A DNA stretch of 63,750 nucleotides, filler included, from Octopus bimaculoides (lineage: Eukaryota), in NCBI RefSeq assembly GCF_001194135.2. It is 7 parts of 7 records of this genome, joined end to end, with 100 filler letters (N's around TTAATTAATTAA, not from the genome) between each part and the next. Parts side by side here need not be neighbours in the genome. Positions count along the whole stretch, not along the records: positions 60,922 to 63,750 come from NW_026410173.1; 6 more parts are not named here. The stretch is one strand, 5' to 3'. Under the pieces are notes generated by a model. It saw only the letters and a program-made list of their open reading frames with translations. It ran no database searches and was not told where the DNA came from. How positions within the stretch are numbered: position 1 is the first letter of the stretch; each line of letters begins with the position of its first letter. The position numbers were made by a program, and so were the translations under genes. Positions 63,291 through 63,750 of the stretch are shown in pieces.

Positions 63291-63750
63291 TGAAAAAATG
63301 AACTTATCTTCTTATACTTCAGGATGGTCATATTTTGTGAATTAAACACANNNNNNNNNNACTTATCTTCTTATACTTCAGGATGGTCATATTTTGTGAA
63401 TTAAACACATGCACTATATATTTGGTCTTCACTTATTATCATTTTTTTGTTTTGTTTTAAATAAAATATGATCNNNNNNNNNNTGTCTTCTGCTGAACCA
63501 GGATCATCCTTTGACCCTAGGGTCACAACAGGCCCTCATCTCATGGAGAGTACACAGCGTAAAATGTGTGCGGAACCTAGTAACACTATTTTCTGANNNN
63601 NNNNNNTACACAGCGTAAAATGTGTGCGGAACCTAGTAACACTATTTTCTGAAGTTTTCCCACATTAACACTGCAAGGGATGTTGAGCTGCTTATCAAGC
63701 CCCTTTTTAATTAGCCCTAACGCTCCAATCACCACTGGTGCTGTGCTGCT

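Noticed and set aside
63301-63650. Exact short duplications on either side of 10-N gaps (also at 22510-22620 and 56938-57046)
   Set aside because: Typical unmerged contig overlaps.

Overview
AT-rich, gap-ridden eukaryotic DNA. The SINE families and microsatellite load resemble an octopus/cephalopod genome (inference, not verified). The only confidently identifiable host gene is proteasome subunit beta type-4 (PSMB4/beta7) on the minus strand: coding exons 1-3 at 28531-28398, 23954-23748 and 21183-21037, with canonical GT-AG junctions and a continuous frame. Its later exons were not found in the window, and a padded assembly join lies just downstream of exon 3. The rest is mostly transposon debris: several tRNA-headed SINE families, RTE, R4/Dong, CRE-like and CR1/L2/Jockey-like LINE fragments, a Penelope-like element (RT plus GIY-YIG), a Gypsy-like pol fragment, Tc1/mariner/maT relics and several MITE/foldback elements. 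The most interesting signal is a set of type I hammerhead-ribozyme motifs: two near-complete, one with a core defect and two decayed. One sits inside a tRNA-headed SINE-like repeat, one just downstream of the Penelope endonuclease, and one in an inverted repeat that otherwise looks like a MITE. Together these suggest a Penelope-associated family of ribozyme-bearing non-autonomous retroelements. All folds and homologies were judged by eye; no searches were run.
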